Shown here piece by piece: positions 1-9,630 of a stretch of 64,000 nt of DNA. The position numbers were made by a program, and so were the translations under genes. Under the pieces are notes generated by a model, which saw only the letters and a list, made by a program, of their open reading frames with translations, was not told where the DNA came from and searched no databases. The stretch is from a candidate division FCPU426 bacterium (lineage in GTDB: Bacteria > Oederibacteriota > Muellerivitia > Muellerivitales > Muellerivitaceae). Location: positions 960,001 to 1,024,000 of the forward strand of contig CAVRAL010000001.1 of assembly GCA_963719085.1 (NCBI GenBank), in the 5' to 3' direction. Positions within the stretch are counted from its first letter, which is position 1. Each line of letters starts with the position of its first letter.

Positions 1-185
1 AGTTTTTTGATTTCGGGGCCTACTAACGGCAAACTCCGCGCGCACTTTAGAAATAAAGAAGCGATAAAGCCCCTTAGGTTTTCCGTTAAAGCGGAATAAA
101 CTCGGCGGGAACATCAACACCCAAACCACCAATTCGCTTAGGGCCGGGTTGACAATTTATTTTAAGCTTACTTTTAAAAGGTAAT

Positions 186-581
186 TTAGAAAGTCCCATA
201 GATGGAAACGGCCGCGGGGAACGCGCCGATGGTGGAAGCTTGATTGAAAATAGCGCCATTTTCCTTGATGGTAACGGTCAAGGCACTGCTCGCGTCCGAA
301 CCATTGTTCTGGGCGTAAAGATAGACATAGGTACCCATATAAGTGCCTTCGGTAATCGTCGCCGGAAGGCTTATGGTCCAAGGCAAACTAACCCCCAGCG
401 TGGCGGCGTTGCTTTGAATCGGTGAGGCATAGGTAATTGAAGCGGAATTAGTGACTCCCCCGCTTCCGGTCACGTCGTATTCGAGCGTCACGTGTTTGGG
501 CCCGCAACTGGAACCGCTCAGCGTCAGGCTCAACCCCAGTACCATGCCCCAAGCCAATAAAAAAAAGAAAGTCCGGTTCAT
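186..581 (-). CDS. Putative lipoprotein, MmpS-like small beta-sandwich domain
   Basis: Hydrophobic signal ending in LSGSSC (lipobox-like); VTLEYDVTG...ASITY...VSLPW pattern resembles MmpS-type proteins. Confidence 0.55.
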   Translation of the reverse strand: MNRTFFFLLAWGMVLGLSLTLSGSSCGPKHVTLEYDVTGSGGVTNSASITYASPIQSNAATLGVSLPWTISLPATITEGTYMGTYVYLYAQNNGSDASSALTVTIKENGAIFNQASTIGAFPAAVSIYGTF

Positions 582-588
582 TCGAATC

Positions 589-1635
589 TTATTTCAAACT
601 CTTGATATCGATGACAAATCGGTACTTCACGTCGCCTTTGACCACTCGATCATAGGCTTCGTTGACTTTATCCACCGAAATGACCTCGACATCCGAACCA
701 ATCTTTTTAAGACCGCAGAAATCCAGCATCTCCTGGGTTTCACGGATTCCGCCGATGAGCGATCCCGCCAAACGATGGCGTTTGCCGATCAAGGCGAAAG
801 CCGTGACCGGTGCCGGCGCCGTGGGCACGCCCACCAAGACCAAGGTGGCGTCCCGCTTTAATAAGTTCAAATACTGATTGAGGTCGATATTGGCCGCCAC
901 CGTGTTGATCATGAAATCAAAAGTGTTGGCGTGCTTTTCGAAAGTTTTCGGGTCTTTCGTGTTGGCAAAATGCTTGGCGCCCAGACGCTCGGCATCGGCC
1001 TGCTTGTTGTCGGAAGTACTCAGAACCGTGACCTCGGCTCCCATCGCCGCCGCCAGTTTGACCGCCATGTGGCCCAAACCGCCCAGTCCCACCACGGCGA
1101 CCTTGTCGCCGGCTTTGACTTTCCATGTCCGCAAGGGCGAATAGGTGGTAATCCCGGCGCACAAAAGCGGCGCGGCGGCTTCCAACGGAATACCCTCAGG
1201 AATGCGGAGGACATATTTCTCATCGACCACGATCTGGGCCGAGTACCCGCCATAGGTCGGGGTTTTGCCGTCTTTCTCAAAGCTGTTGTAGGTAAAGTTA
1301 GAACCCTTTTCGCAATATTGCTCTTCCCCGGCCTTGCAAGCTTCACACTCGCGGCAGGAATCCACGAAACATCCCACACCCACCGTGTCCCCCACTTTGA
1401 ACTTCGAAACAGAGGCTCCGACCTTGGTCACCTTGCCCACGATCTCGTGGCCCGGAACCATCGGGAAGGTTCCCGGTCCCCATTCCTCGCGGACCTGATG
1501 GATGTCCGAGTGGCAGATACCGGCGTAGAGGATGTCAATCACAACGTCCGGCGCGCCCGGTTCCCGGCGTTCAATCGTATGAGGGCCCAAAGGGGCTTTA
1601 GCGGTTTTCGCGGCGTAAGCTTTGACTGTCGGCAT
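589..1635 (-). CDS. Zn-dependent NAD(P)H alcohol dehydrogenase (cinnamyl-ADH / YahK-AdhC type)
   Basis: GICHSD, PGHEIVG, structural Zn Cys cluster, GLGGLG; likely start MPTVKAY at 1635 after a GGAGG RBS. Confidence 0.92.
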   Translation of the reverse strand: MPTVKAYAAKTAKAPLGPHTIERREPGAPDVVIDILYAGICHSDIHQVREEWGPGTFPMVPGHEIVGKVTKVGASVSKFKVGDTVGVGCFVDSCRECEACKAGEEQYCEKGSNFTYNSFEKDGKTPTYGGYSAQIVVDEKYVLRIPEGIPLEAAAPLLCAGITTYSPLRTWKVKAGDKVAVVGLGGLGHMAVKLAAAMGAEVTVLSTSDNKQADAERLGAKHFANTKDPKTFEKHANTFDFMINTVAANIDLNQYLNLLKRDATLVLVGVPTAPAPVTAFALIGKRHRLAGSLIGGIRETQEMLDFCGLKKIGSDVEVISVDKVNEAYDRVVKGDVKYRFVIDIKSLK

Positions 1636-1684
1636 GAATATCCTCCGGAAGATGGTTGATTTTGGAAGGCTAACACTGAAGCGG

Positions 1685-1969
1685 TTAAAAAAGCAAAGGG
1701 ATACAAAAATAAAACCAATCAATGAGAAATTCGTTCAAAGTGTTTAGATCGAAAACCCCGACCGAATGGCTTTTTAAATACTTTTCAAATTCAACAGCCT
1801 TTAAATCATCGTCGAACCAGACAACCACTTCCAGTTTCCATGGCTTAAATTTTGACGTATGGGGCGACTTGCCGGTGTTGTGTTCCGTCAGCCGTTTCTT
1901 GAAGTCTTGCGAAGAACCTACATAGGTTTGGTCAGGGTGTTGAATACTGCGAATAATATCGACGTACAT
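1685..1969 (-). CDS. Small GIY-YIG nuclease family protein, possibly degenerate
   Basis: YVDII..TYVG...RLTEHN.G...[10 protein letters not shown]...EFEKYLKS; first-motif Tyr appears replaced by Asp and the C-terminal tail is atypical. Confidence 0.7.
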   Translation of the reverse strand: MYVDIIRSIQHPDQTYVGSSQDFKKRLTEHNTGKSPHTSKFKPWKLEVVVWFDDDLKAVEFEKYLKSHSVGVFDLNTLNEFLIDWFYFCIPLLF

Positions 1970-2152
1970 GAATGAGTCCTACTATTAACCATAGCCCCTT
2001 TAGGGGCCTAATAAAAAAAGCGAGGCAAAATCGCCCCGCTTCGTTCCCTCACAAGGGAACTACGCCGGGCAGTCTCCGCATAACGCTACCGTTTGGTAAC
2101 GCGAATACCGAAGACTGGCTTGCCAGGCGTAGCCCCCCATAGGGGCGGAGAC

Positions 2153-2495
2153 TGGTGGAGGTGGTGGGAATCGAACCCACGTCCTGAAAAACATCCGTAA
2201 AGGGCCCTACGTGCGTAGCTCCGGAATGAATCTCGCTCTCCGCTCGCTCCCGAGCGGCCGGCGGAGAGCCAGTCCCATTGGTTCTCGTCCGTTCGTCGGT
2301 GGAACAAACCCGTCACGGACCAGCCTACTGCTTACGTTCCATCCCCTTAATAGGCATCAAGGGTGAAACGCTAACCGCTTTAAGCGGCCAGAGCTAACTG
2401 GTTATCGGCAGTTAAACCGTTGCCATGTTTGACGAGCGATGGCGCCTCGACACGCTCCCTAAAGTTCAGTTCCCCAGTCGAAACCGGTCACCCCC
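2153..2495 (-). ncRNA. ssrA: tmRNA; tag reading frame ADNQLALAA* at 2380-2409
   Basis: 5' GGGGGTGACCGGTTTCGAC; 3' T-arm GTGGGTTCGATTCCCAC then CACCTCCACCA with G3:U pair; resume context TTTAACT-GCC. Confidence 0.96.
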
Positions 2496-2722
2496 ATGAA
2501 ATGTTCCACGAAATGTCCAAAACAGACATTTCATGATCCCCTGTTCTGTCTGGCGCAGCGTTAGCGGAGCCGGACGTTTTGAACAGGGGGCACAAAAATT
2601 ATCCTACAGAAGCTTGAAATGTCCCCCGAAGCCCCCACGCAGCGTTAGCGGAGTGGAAATGGGGCGAAGGGGGACACTTTGTCTCTCGAGGAAAACTCAG
2701 TCCTCGAGAGCAGCTGTTCATC

Positions 2723-3019
2723 CTAAGGTTTAATCCCGATTTTCTCAAGGATGGCGGGCACATCTTCCAAAGAAACCTGCTTGAACCAGACATTCTCAGG
2801 ATAAAACAGCACATTCGCCCCTTGCTCGCAGACGTCCAAGCAATAGGTTTTAGACACCCGGATCTTTCCGGCCAGCCCCGCCTTTTTGACAGCGTCCTTA
2901 AAGGCCGCGGCAAGTTCCTTCCCGCAAAAGCTGGATCCACAAGCCACGCGCTCCCCTGCCGGACGCTCATTGACGCAAACCATTAGATACTTTTCAAATT
3001 CGGGTTTTGAGGATTCCAA
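2723..3019 (-). CDS. Thioredoxin-like [2Fe-2S] ferredoxin
   Basis: VCVNER...AC...RVSKTYCLDVCEQG with four Cys ligands; YPENVWF. Confidence 0.85.
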   Translation of the reverse strand: MESSKPEFEKYLMVCVNERPAGERVACGSSFCGKELAAAFKDAVKKAGLAGKIRVSKTYCLDVCEQGANVLFYPENVWFKQVSLEDVPAILEKIGIKP

Positions 3020-3095
3020 TCTTTGCCTCCAATGAAATGATAAGAGGCAAAGATTGCCTGGCGTAGCTCAGCGAAGCCGGGCACATCGAACGACA

Positions 3096-3133
3096 CCCCT
3101 CACCCTAGCCCTCTCCCGCAAGGGGCGAGGGGA
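3096..3133. repeat. BoxC-like palindromic repeat
   Basis: CCCCTCACCCTAGCCCTCTCCCGCAAGGGGCGAGGGGA. Confidence 0.6.
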
Positions 3134-3145
3134 TAAAAAAGCAAC

Positions 3146-3559
3146 CTATTCCCCCATGACCTTAATCAAAAGACGTTTCTTGCGTTGGCCGTCAAACTCG
3201 GCGTAATAGACCTGCTGCCAGGGCCCCAAGTCCAATTTTCCCGCGGTCACGGGCACTACGACCTCATGATGCACCAAAAGGCTTTTCAAATGGGAATCCC
3301 CGTTGGTTTCGCCGGTTTGGTGATGCCGGTAGCCTTCTTTATAAGGAGCCAGCTTTTCCAGCCACTCGTCAATGTCGGCGATGAGCCCGCTTTCGGCGTC
3401 ATTCACGTAAACCCCGGCGGTGATATGCATGGCGGAAACCAAAATCATGCCCTCTTGAATGCCGCTCTTCTTGAGGGCCTTCTCGACTTCACCCGTAATG
3501 TTGATGTATTCGCGGTGGTTTTTGGTGTTGAACCAAAGGTACTCGGTGTGAAATTTCAC
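3146..3559 (-). CDS. yjbQ: YjbQ/UPF0047 family protein
   Basis: HITAG...NDAE...[14 protein letters not shown]...LGPWQ...EFDG.R; GTG start at 3559. Confidence 0.9.
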   Translation of the reverse strand: MKFHTEYLWFNTKNHREYINITGEVEKALKKSGIQEGMILVSAMHITAGVYVNDAESGLIADIDEWLEKLAPYKEGYRHHQTGETNGDSHLKSLLVHHEVVVPVTAGKLDLGPWQQVYYAEFDGQRKKRLLIKVMGE

Positions 3560-3571
3560 AAAAACCTCAAT

Positions 3572-3669
3572 CAAAGGCATTTTGCATTGATGAACGTAGA
3601 TGGACGCAGATTTTCAAAAGATTCATAATCCATTTTTATCGGCGTTCATCTGCGTTCATCATTGTAAAA
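3572..3669. repeat. Long imperfect inverted-repeat element (GATGAACGCAGAT-type family)
   Basis: Arms 3581-3611 and 3638-3669; 3572-3591 is identical to 6411-6430. Confidence 0.7.
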
Positions 3670-3679
3670 AAAATTTTGC

Positions 3680-4096
3680 TTAAATGCTTGGGGAGATCGG
3701 TTCTTCCTCAAATTGGGACGAAGCGTCCAAGACCCAAGACCGCATGGAAGCGAACTTGCCCTTTTGGATCGACATGATCACATAGGAGAACCCGGGCCAA
3801 GCGGCTTGGCGATCCGTCTCCGACGCCTTGTCCGGATGATCGGGATGCGAATGAAAGATGCCGAGGACATCCAGACCCTTTTGACGAGCCAAGGCTTCCC
3901 CCTTGAGGTAATCCTTCGGGTCCATGTCATAGCGGGTTTCGGGTTTGAGCTTATTCAGGTTTCCGCATTCGAAAACCTCAGTGACAACCCGTTCAGGCGA
4001 GGACTTGCCCAACATTAATCCGCAGATTTCATGCGGGAAACCCCGTTCCCCAATACCCGTCATCTCGGCTTCAGCTTTTTTCTCAAAACGGATCAT
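3680..4096 (-). CDS. JAMM/MPN (M67, Mec-like) metallopeptidase
   Basis: PHEICG and HSHPDHPDKASETD (HxH-x7-S-x2-D); ATGA overlap with the upstream cysteine synthase. Confidence 0.9.
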   Translation of the reverse strand: MIRFEKKAEAEMTGIGERGFPHEICGLMLGKSSPERVVTEVFECGNLNKLKPETRYDMDPKDYLKGEALARQKGLDVLGIFHSHPDHPDKASETDRQAAWPGFSYVIMSIQKGKFASMRSWVLDASSQFEEEPISPSI

Positions 4097-5025
4097 GAAA
4101 CACCCTGTTCCCACACGCGAGTGGAAAGATATTTATCCCCCGAATCCGGGAAAACCGTCACGATACAGCCTTGCTTGATTTCCTTGGCCAATTTTATGCA
4201 GCCGTCCATGGCGCCGCCGCTGGAAAGGCCCACTAAAAGCCCTTCCTTCCGCGCCAAGCGCTGAACCCACTCGTAAGATTCTTCCGTGTCCATGGCGATC
4301 TTAAAGTCAAAACCATGGGTGTCGTAAATGCCGGGCACAATGGAAGAAGCCATGTGTTTCAAACCTTCCAAACCGTGGAAAGGCTCCGCCGGTTCCAATG
4401 CCACAATTTTCACGGAGGGTTTGAGCTCCCTGAGCCGTTTGCCCGTTCCCATCAAGGTTCCGCTGGTTCCGATCCCCGCCGCGAAGTGGGTGATCTCATC
4501 CCCCACGCATTCCATAATTTCCTCAGCCGTGGTCAGGTAATGGGCTTTGGGGTTTTCGGGGTTGTTGTACTGATCGGGAACATAATATTTTTCGGGGCTC
4601 CGCTTATACATTTCACGGGCCAGCCGGATCGCCCCGTCGGAACCGTCCATCGGACTGGAATATTCCACCTGGGCGTTAAAAGATTTGAGAATGCGTTTGC
4701 GCTCATCACTGACATTGGCCGGCATGGCAAGCAATACCTTATAGCCCAGGGCCGCGCCGATCATGGCGTAAGCGATGCCCGTGTTGCCCGAGGTCGCGTC
4801 CAAGATAATTTTATCGTGGGTGAGCAGACCCGAGCGGATACCTTCCTGGATCATGCGGACCGCCGGACGGTCCTTGACCGAACCGCCGGGATTAAACGAT
4901 TCGAGCTTGGCGAAAAGCTTAACGCCGGCGACCCCGTGCGAATGGATCTGAACCAGCGGGGTTCGCCCCACCAATTCGGTGACTCGCTCGTAAATCCTGG
5001 GTGCGGCGGCGGATGCCAAGCTCAA
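4093..5025 (-). CDS. cysM: PLP-dependent cysteine synthase, CysM-like
   Basis: KLESFNPGGSVKDR, ATSGNTG, GIGTSGT, PDSGDKYLS. Confidence 0.85.
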   Translation of the reverse strand: MSLASAAAPRIYERVTELVGRTPLVQIHSHGVAGVKLFAKLESFNPGGSVKDRPAVRMIQEGIRSGLLTHDKIILDATSGNTGIAYAMIGAALGYKVLLAMPANVSDERKRILKSFNAQVEYSSPMDGSDGAIRLAREMYKRSPEKYYVPDQYNNPENPKAHYLTTAEEIMECVGDEITHFAAGIGTSGTLMGTGKRLRELKPSVKIVALEPAEPFHGLEGLKHMASSIVPGIYDTHGFDFKIAMDTEESYEWVQRLARKEGLLVGLSSGGAMDGCIKLAKEIKQGCIVTVFPDSGDKYLSTRVWEQGVS

Positions 5026-5036
5026 TGCGTCCTCGA

Positions 5037-6371
<1,335 letters not shown>

Positions 6372-6411
6372 CTATCCCCCGGCTCCACGGCAAGGACAAC
6401 AACACAAAAAC

Positions 6412-6648
6412 AAAGGCATTTTGCATTGATCAAGGCGGATAAATGCGGATGATACTTTTTGGAACTGCATACTTGGCAAACAAGACTTGTCTTGGCCGTC
6501 ATTGCGGTGAAATTGCTTCATCGCTAAAACCATTGAACGATGTTCCGCCCAATGACGTAGGGACGGTTTACCTATAGCGCTTTCCCCAATGCGTAGTTCT
6601 GTATTTTTTATCGGCTTTCATCCGCCTTGATCAATGCAAAATGCCTTT
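6412..6648. mobile_element. MITE-like element with perfect 29-bp terminal inverted repeats
   Basis: AAAGGCATTTTGCATTGATCAAGGCGGAT (6412-6440) is the exact reverse complement of 6620-6648; the interior is also self-complementary. Confidence 0.6.
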
Positions 6649-6661
6649 TTTGCGGTGAATT

Positions 6662-7972
6662 TTAAAAAGAGTCCAGGTGATTGAAGACCAATCCCGTAAC
6701 GAGCTTGGGATAAAAGTACGTGGATTTTTGGGGCATGCGTTCTTGTTTCATCGCCACATCCCGCAATTGATCGATCCGGGTGGGGTTCAGGAAAAAGACC
6801 AAGCCAAAATCCCGTTTTTTAAGCCTTTGAACCGCTTCCTCGGCTTTGCTGGTGAAAGAAATCTCATGCTCCACCTTTTCCTTGGTGATGCCGAAAAAGG
6901 GTTCCAATACCAGGCGGTGCAAAAGCGTGACATCCAAACCCTTTTGCGCGTCCGACAAGCCCTTCAATAAGTCCGACCCCTTAACCGCCGGTGAAAATTG
7001 AAGCGCGAACAGCTTTTTGCCGTCAAAGGAAAAACCAATCGTCGGGCGCTTAGCGCCCATCTTGGCCAGCCAATTCCAAGGCGCGGAGCCGGCGAGGCTT
7101 TTCCCGTAGGGATGGATCTCCCCCAAGGACGACAATCGGCTCAAAAGAAGCGAAGGCGAATCGGCGAACTTATGCGGCAACATGCGGTGGGTGGGCAGGA
7201 TGACCAAACCCGGATCCCTCATGGCCACAAACATCATCATCACGTGATCGAAAGGACGGCTCCCCAGCTTCCCACCCTTGCCCTTGCCGCGAAAAGCCTG
7301 GTAAGCCAAGGCGGTTTCATAGCGGTGATGGCCATCGGCGATAAAAAGGGTTTCCGATTTCATCTTTTGCCGCAAAGCCGCGATCCATTTGGGATCAGAA
7401 ACTTTCCAGACCTTGTTGACGATCTCTTGCGGATAAGCCACCGTCATGTCAGGCTTGCGGGCCGTCACCTTTTTCAAAAGCGCGCCCACGCCCTTTTGAT
7501 CGGGGTAAAGCGAAAAGATACAGCTGAAATTAGCGTGACAGGCCTTCATCAGTTTAAGGCGATCCGCCTTCGGGCCGCTGAGCGTGTGCTCGTGGGCCAA
7601 GATACCGCCTTTTTTTCCGCCGAAGGGCGTGAGCTGGGACAGCCCCACGAAGCCCGTGCGCTGATAAGTTTTTCCCTCAATCTTAAAAACCTGCTGGTAG
7701 ATGTAAATCGAGGGCGTTTCGTCGCGCTTCAAGGATTCGGATTTTTGCCAGGCTTTAAAATGCCTCTGCGCGGCCGAATAATCGGAAGCCTTGTGTTGTT
7801 CGTGGCTGGGATTGCCGATAATCAACCGGATCACGTTGAGGGGGCTGCTTTTTTGCAGTTCCTTTTTTTGCGCCGTGGAAATGACATCATAGGGGGGCGC
7901 CAAAACCTTGCTCAGATTCGACGATTTTCCTAAAGCGTAACGGACCGCGCGAAAAGGCCTGATTTGTGCCAT
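6662..7972 (-). CDS. DUF1015 family protein
   Basis: APPYDVI, HEHT, IADGHHRYETA, MPQKSTYFYPKL. Confidence 0.92.
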   Translation of the reverse strand: MAQIRPFRAVRYALGKSSNLSKVLAPPYDVISTAQKKELQKSSPLNVIRLIIGNPSHEQHKASDYSAAQRHFKAWQKSESLKRDETPSIYIYQQVFKIEGKTYQRTGFVGLSQLTPFGGKKGGILAHEHTLSGPKADRLKLMKACHANFSCIFSLYPDQKGVGALLKKVTARKPDMTVAYPQEIVNKVWKVSDPKWIAALRQKMKSETLFIADGHHRYETALAYQAFRGKGKGGKLGSRPFDHVMMMFVAMRDPGLVILPTHRMLPHKFADSPSLLLSRLSSLGEIHPYGKSLAGSAPWNWLAKMGAKRPTIGFSFDGKKLFALQFSPAVKGSDLLKGLSDAQKGLDVTLLHRLVLEPFFGITKEKVEHEISFTSKAEEAVQRLKKRDFGLVFFLNPTRIDQLRDVAMKQERMPQKSTYFYPKLVTGLVFNHLDSF

Positions 7973-8010
7973 GGTTTTTCCTTATTTGATTTCCACACAA
8001 GACTTATTTA

Positions 8011-8070
8011 GCATTGATAAACGCAGATGGACGCCGATAAAGATAGATTTTAATCCGCGTTCATCTGCGT
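8011..8070. repeat. Short copy of the GATGAACGCAGAT-type inverted-repeat family
   Basis: GCATTGATAAACGCAGATGGACGCCGAT ... ATCCGCGTTCATCTGCGT. Confidence 0.6.
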
Positions 8071-8176
8071 GCGCGTCGCTTCTCCAAATAATAGTTAAGG
8101 TAAGCGACATTGTCCCGGGCTTTCAGAAAATGATAAGGAGGCCCGGGGCATCATTGCAAATTGCATTGAATGAATC

Positions 8177-8635
8177 TTAGCTTTTTTTGGAGTGCAGCTT
8201 TTTGACCACATCCAGAAACGCGTCGATATTGTTGAATTGAAGGTAAACGCTGGCGAAACGGACATAAGCCACATCGTCCAAATCCTGAAGCCGGCGCACC
8301 ACCATCTCCCCCACTTCGGTGGAGTTGATTTCCTTCGCCGCCCGTTCCATCAGGTTGTTCTCAATGTCATCCACCAGCGACTCAATGCGCTCCGAGGAAA
8401 CCGGGCGCTTCTCAACCGCCTTGCGGATGCCCGCCACGATCTTCAAACGGTCAAAGGGCTCCCGGCGTCCGTCGCGCTTGACCACCATCGGAAGAATTTC
8501 CTCGATCTGCTCGTAGGTGGTAAACCGTTTTTCGCACTTGAGGCATTCCCGGCGGCGGCGGATGGCGGACCCGCCCTTGCTTGGCCTGGAATCCATCACT
8601 TTATCTTCTTGGTGACCACAAAAGGGGCACTTCAT
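8177..8635 (-). CDS. nrdR: Transcriptional repressor NrdR
   Basis: MKCPFC..DSR...IRRRREC..C..RFTTYE Zn ribbon, ATP cone, VAYVRFASVY. Confidence 0.98.
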   Translation of the reverse strand: MKCPFCGHQEDKVMDSRPSKGGSAIRRRRECLKCEKRFTTYEQIEEILPMVVKRDGRREPFDRLKIVAGIRKAVEKRPVSSERIESLVDDIENNLMERAAKEINSTEVGEMVVRRLQDLDDVAYVRFASVYLQFNNIDAFLDVVKKLHSKKS

Positions 8636-8649
8636 GAATGGAACCTCAA

Positions 8650-8690
8650 CCTGTGGTATAGAGTAGCGACGGGCGGAATTATACCACAGG
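8650..8690 (-). promoter_or_regulatory. Putative nrdR promoter (extended -10 TGGTATAAT) inside an 11-bp inverted repeat
   Basis: CCTGTGGTATA (8650-8660) and TATACCACAGG (8680-8690). Confidence 0.45.
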
Positions 8691-8747
8691 CCGCCGAAAA
8701 TCCACGCGGAACAATGCGTAAGACCTTCGGAAGATCGAAAATCTTTA

Positions 8748-9614
8748 TTAAGGAATGATTTCGGTTCCCACGCCGGAAGGCGTGAAAATTTCTAATAGAA
8801 GCGCGTGGGGCTTGGTGCCGTCAATGATATGGGTCTTATGGACGCCCTTTTTGAGGGCCGTCAAACAGGCTTCCACCTTGGGGATCATGCCACCCGAAAT
8901 GACGCCCTTCTTAATCAACTGGGGCACGTCTTTGGCCTTGAGCGACGACAAAAGGCTTTTGGGATCCTCTTTTTTCCCGCAGATACCCGGCACATCGGTT
9001 AAAAAAATCAATTTTTCAGCCTTCACGGCGCCCGCGATGGCGCCCGCCGCCTCATCCGCGTTCACGTTATAAGTCTGTCCTTTGGGCCCCATCCCCAAGG
9101 GAGCGATCACGGGAATAAACTGCTCCCGGTCTAAAATATCCAATATAGAAGTGTTCACCCGGGATACCTTGCCGACAAACCCCAAGTCTTTCCCCGACTT
9201 CGACTTGACCTTGGACGCTTGGAGCATGGCGCCGTCTTTGCCCGACAAACCCACGGCCTGCCCGCCTAATTGATGGATGACGCTGACAAGCTCTTTATTG
9301 ATTTTCCCCCCCAAGACCATTTCCACCACTTCCATGGTAGGAAGATCGGTGACCCGAAGCCCATCCACGAATTGGGACCGGATCCCCAGCTTTTCCGTGA
9401 TCCGGGAAATATCCTTGCCGCCCCCATGGACCACCACGGGTTTCATGCCGACAAACTTCATCAGCACCACGTCTTGCAGGGTATTTTTGAGTTCTTCCGC
9501 GCCGGCCCGGGTACTGCCGCCGTATTTGACCACTACGGTGGCGCCATACCATTTTCGGATATAGGGAAAAGCCTCAATCAGAATCTGGGCTTTCTGTTGG
9601 GAATCGTTGATCAA
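8748..9614 (-). CDS. argB: Acetylglutamate kinase
   Basis: VVKYGG, VVHGGG, GLRVTD, NVNAD, GGMIPKV, HALLLEIFT..GVGT. Confidence 0.97.
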   Translation of the reverse strand: MINDSQQKAQILIEAFPYIRKWYGATVVVKYGGSTRAGAEELKNTLQDVVLMKFVGMKPVVVHGGGKDISRITEKLGIRSQFVDGLRVTDLPTMEVVEMVLGGKINKELVSVIHQLGGQAVGLSGKDGAMLQASKVKSKSGKDLGFVGKVSRVNTSILDILDREQFIPVIAPLGMGPKGQTYNVNADEAAGAIAGAVKAEKLIFLTDVPGICGKKEDPKSLLSSLKAKDVPQLIKKGVISGGMIPKVEACLTALKKGVHKTHIIDGTKPHALLLEIFTPSGVGTEIIP

Positions 9615-9630
9615 GGCGTCGCTCCAGACT

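Larger units (their letters stand above)
2034..3083. repeat. Family of short REP-like palindromes (CGYAG-hairpin-CGRAG core), five copies
   Basis: Copies at 2034-2074 (inverted), 2117-2155, 2538-2589, 2620-2676, 3055-3083. Confidence 0.65.

Noticed and set aside
1..180. Possible structured leader at the window start (GGCAAAC-containing)
   Set aside because: The rest of a c-di-GMP-I consensus is missing and the context is cut by the window edge.
1..2152. Integrative element at the tmRNA 3' end
   Set aside because: No integrase and no duplicated ssrA 3' end (att site) visible within the window.
2086..2316. 76-aa ORF
   Set aside because: Overlaps the tmRNA gene.
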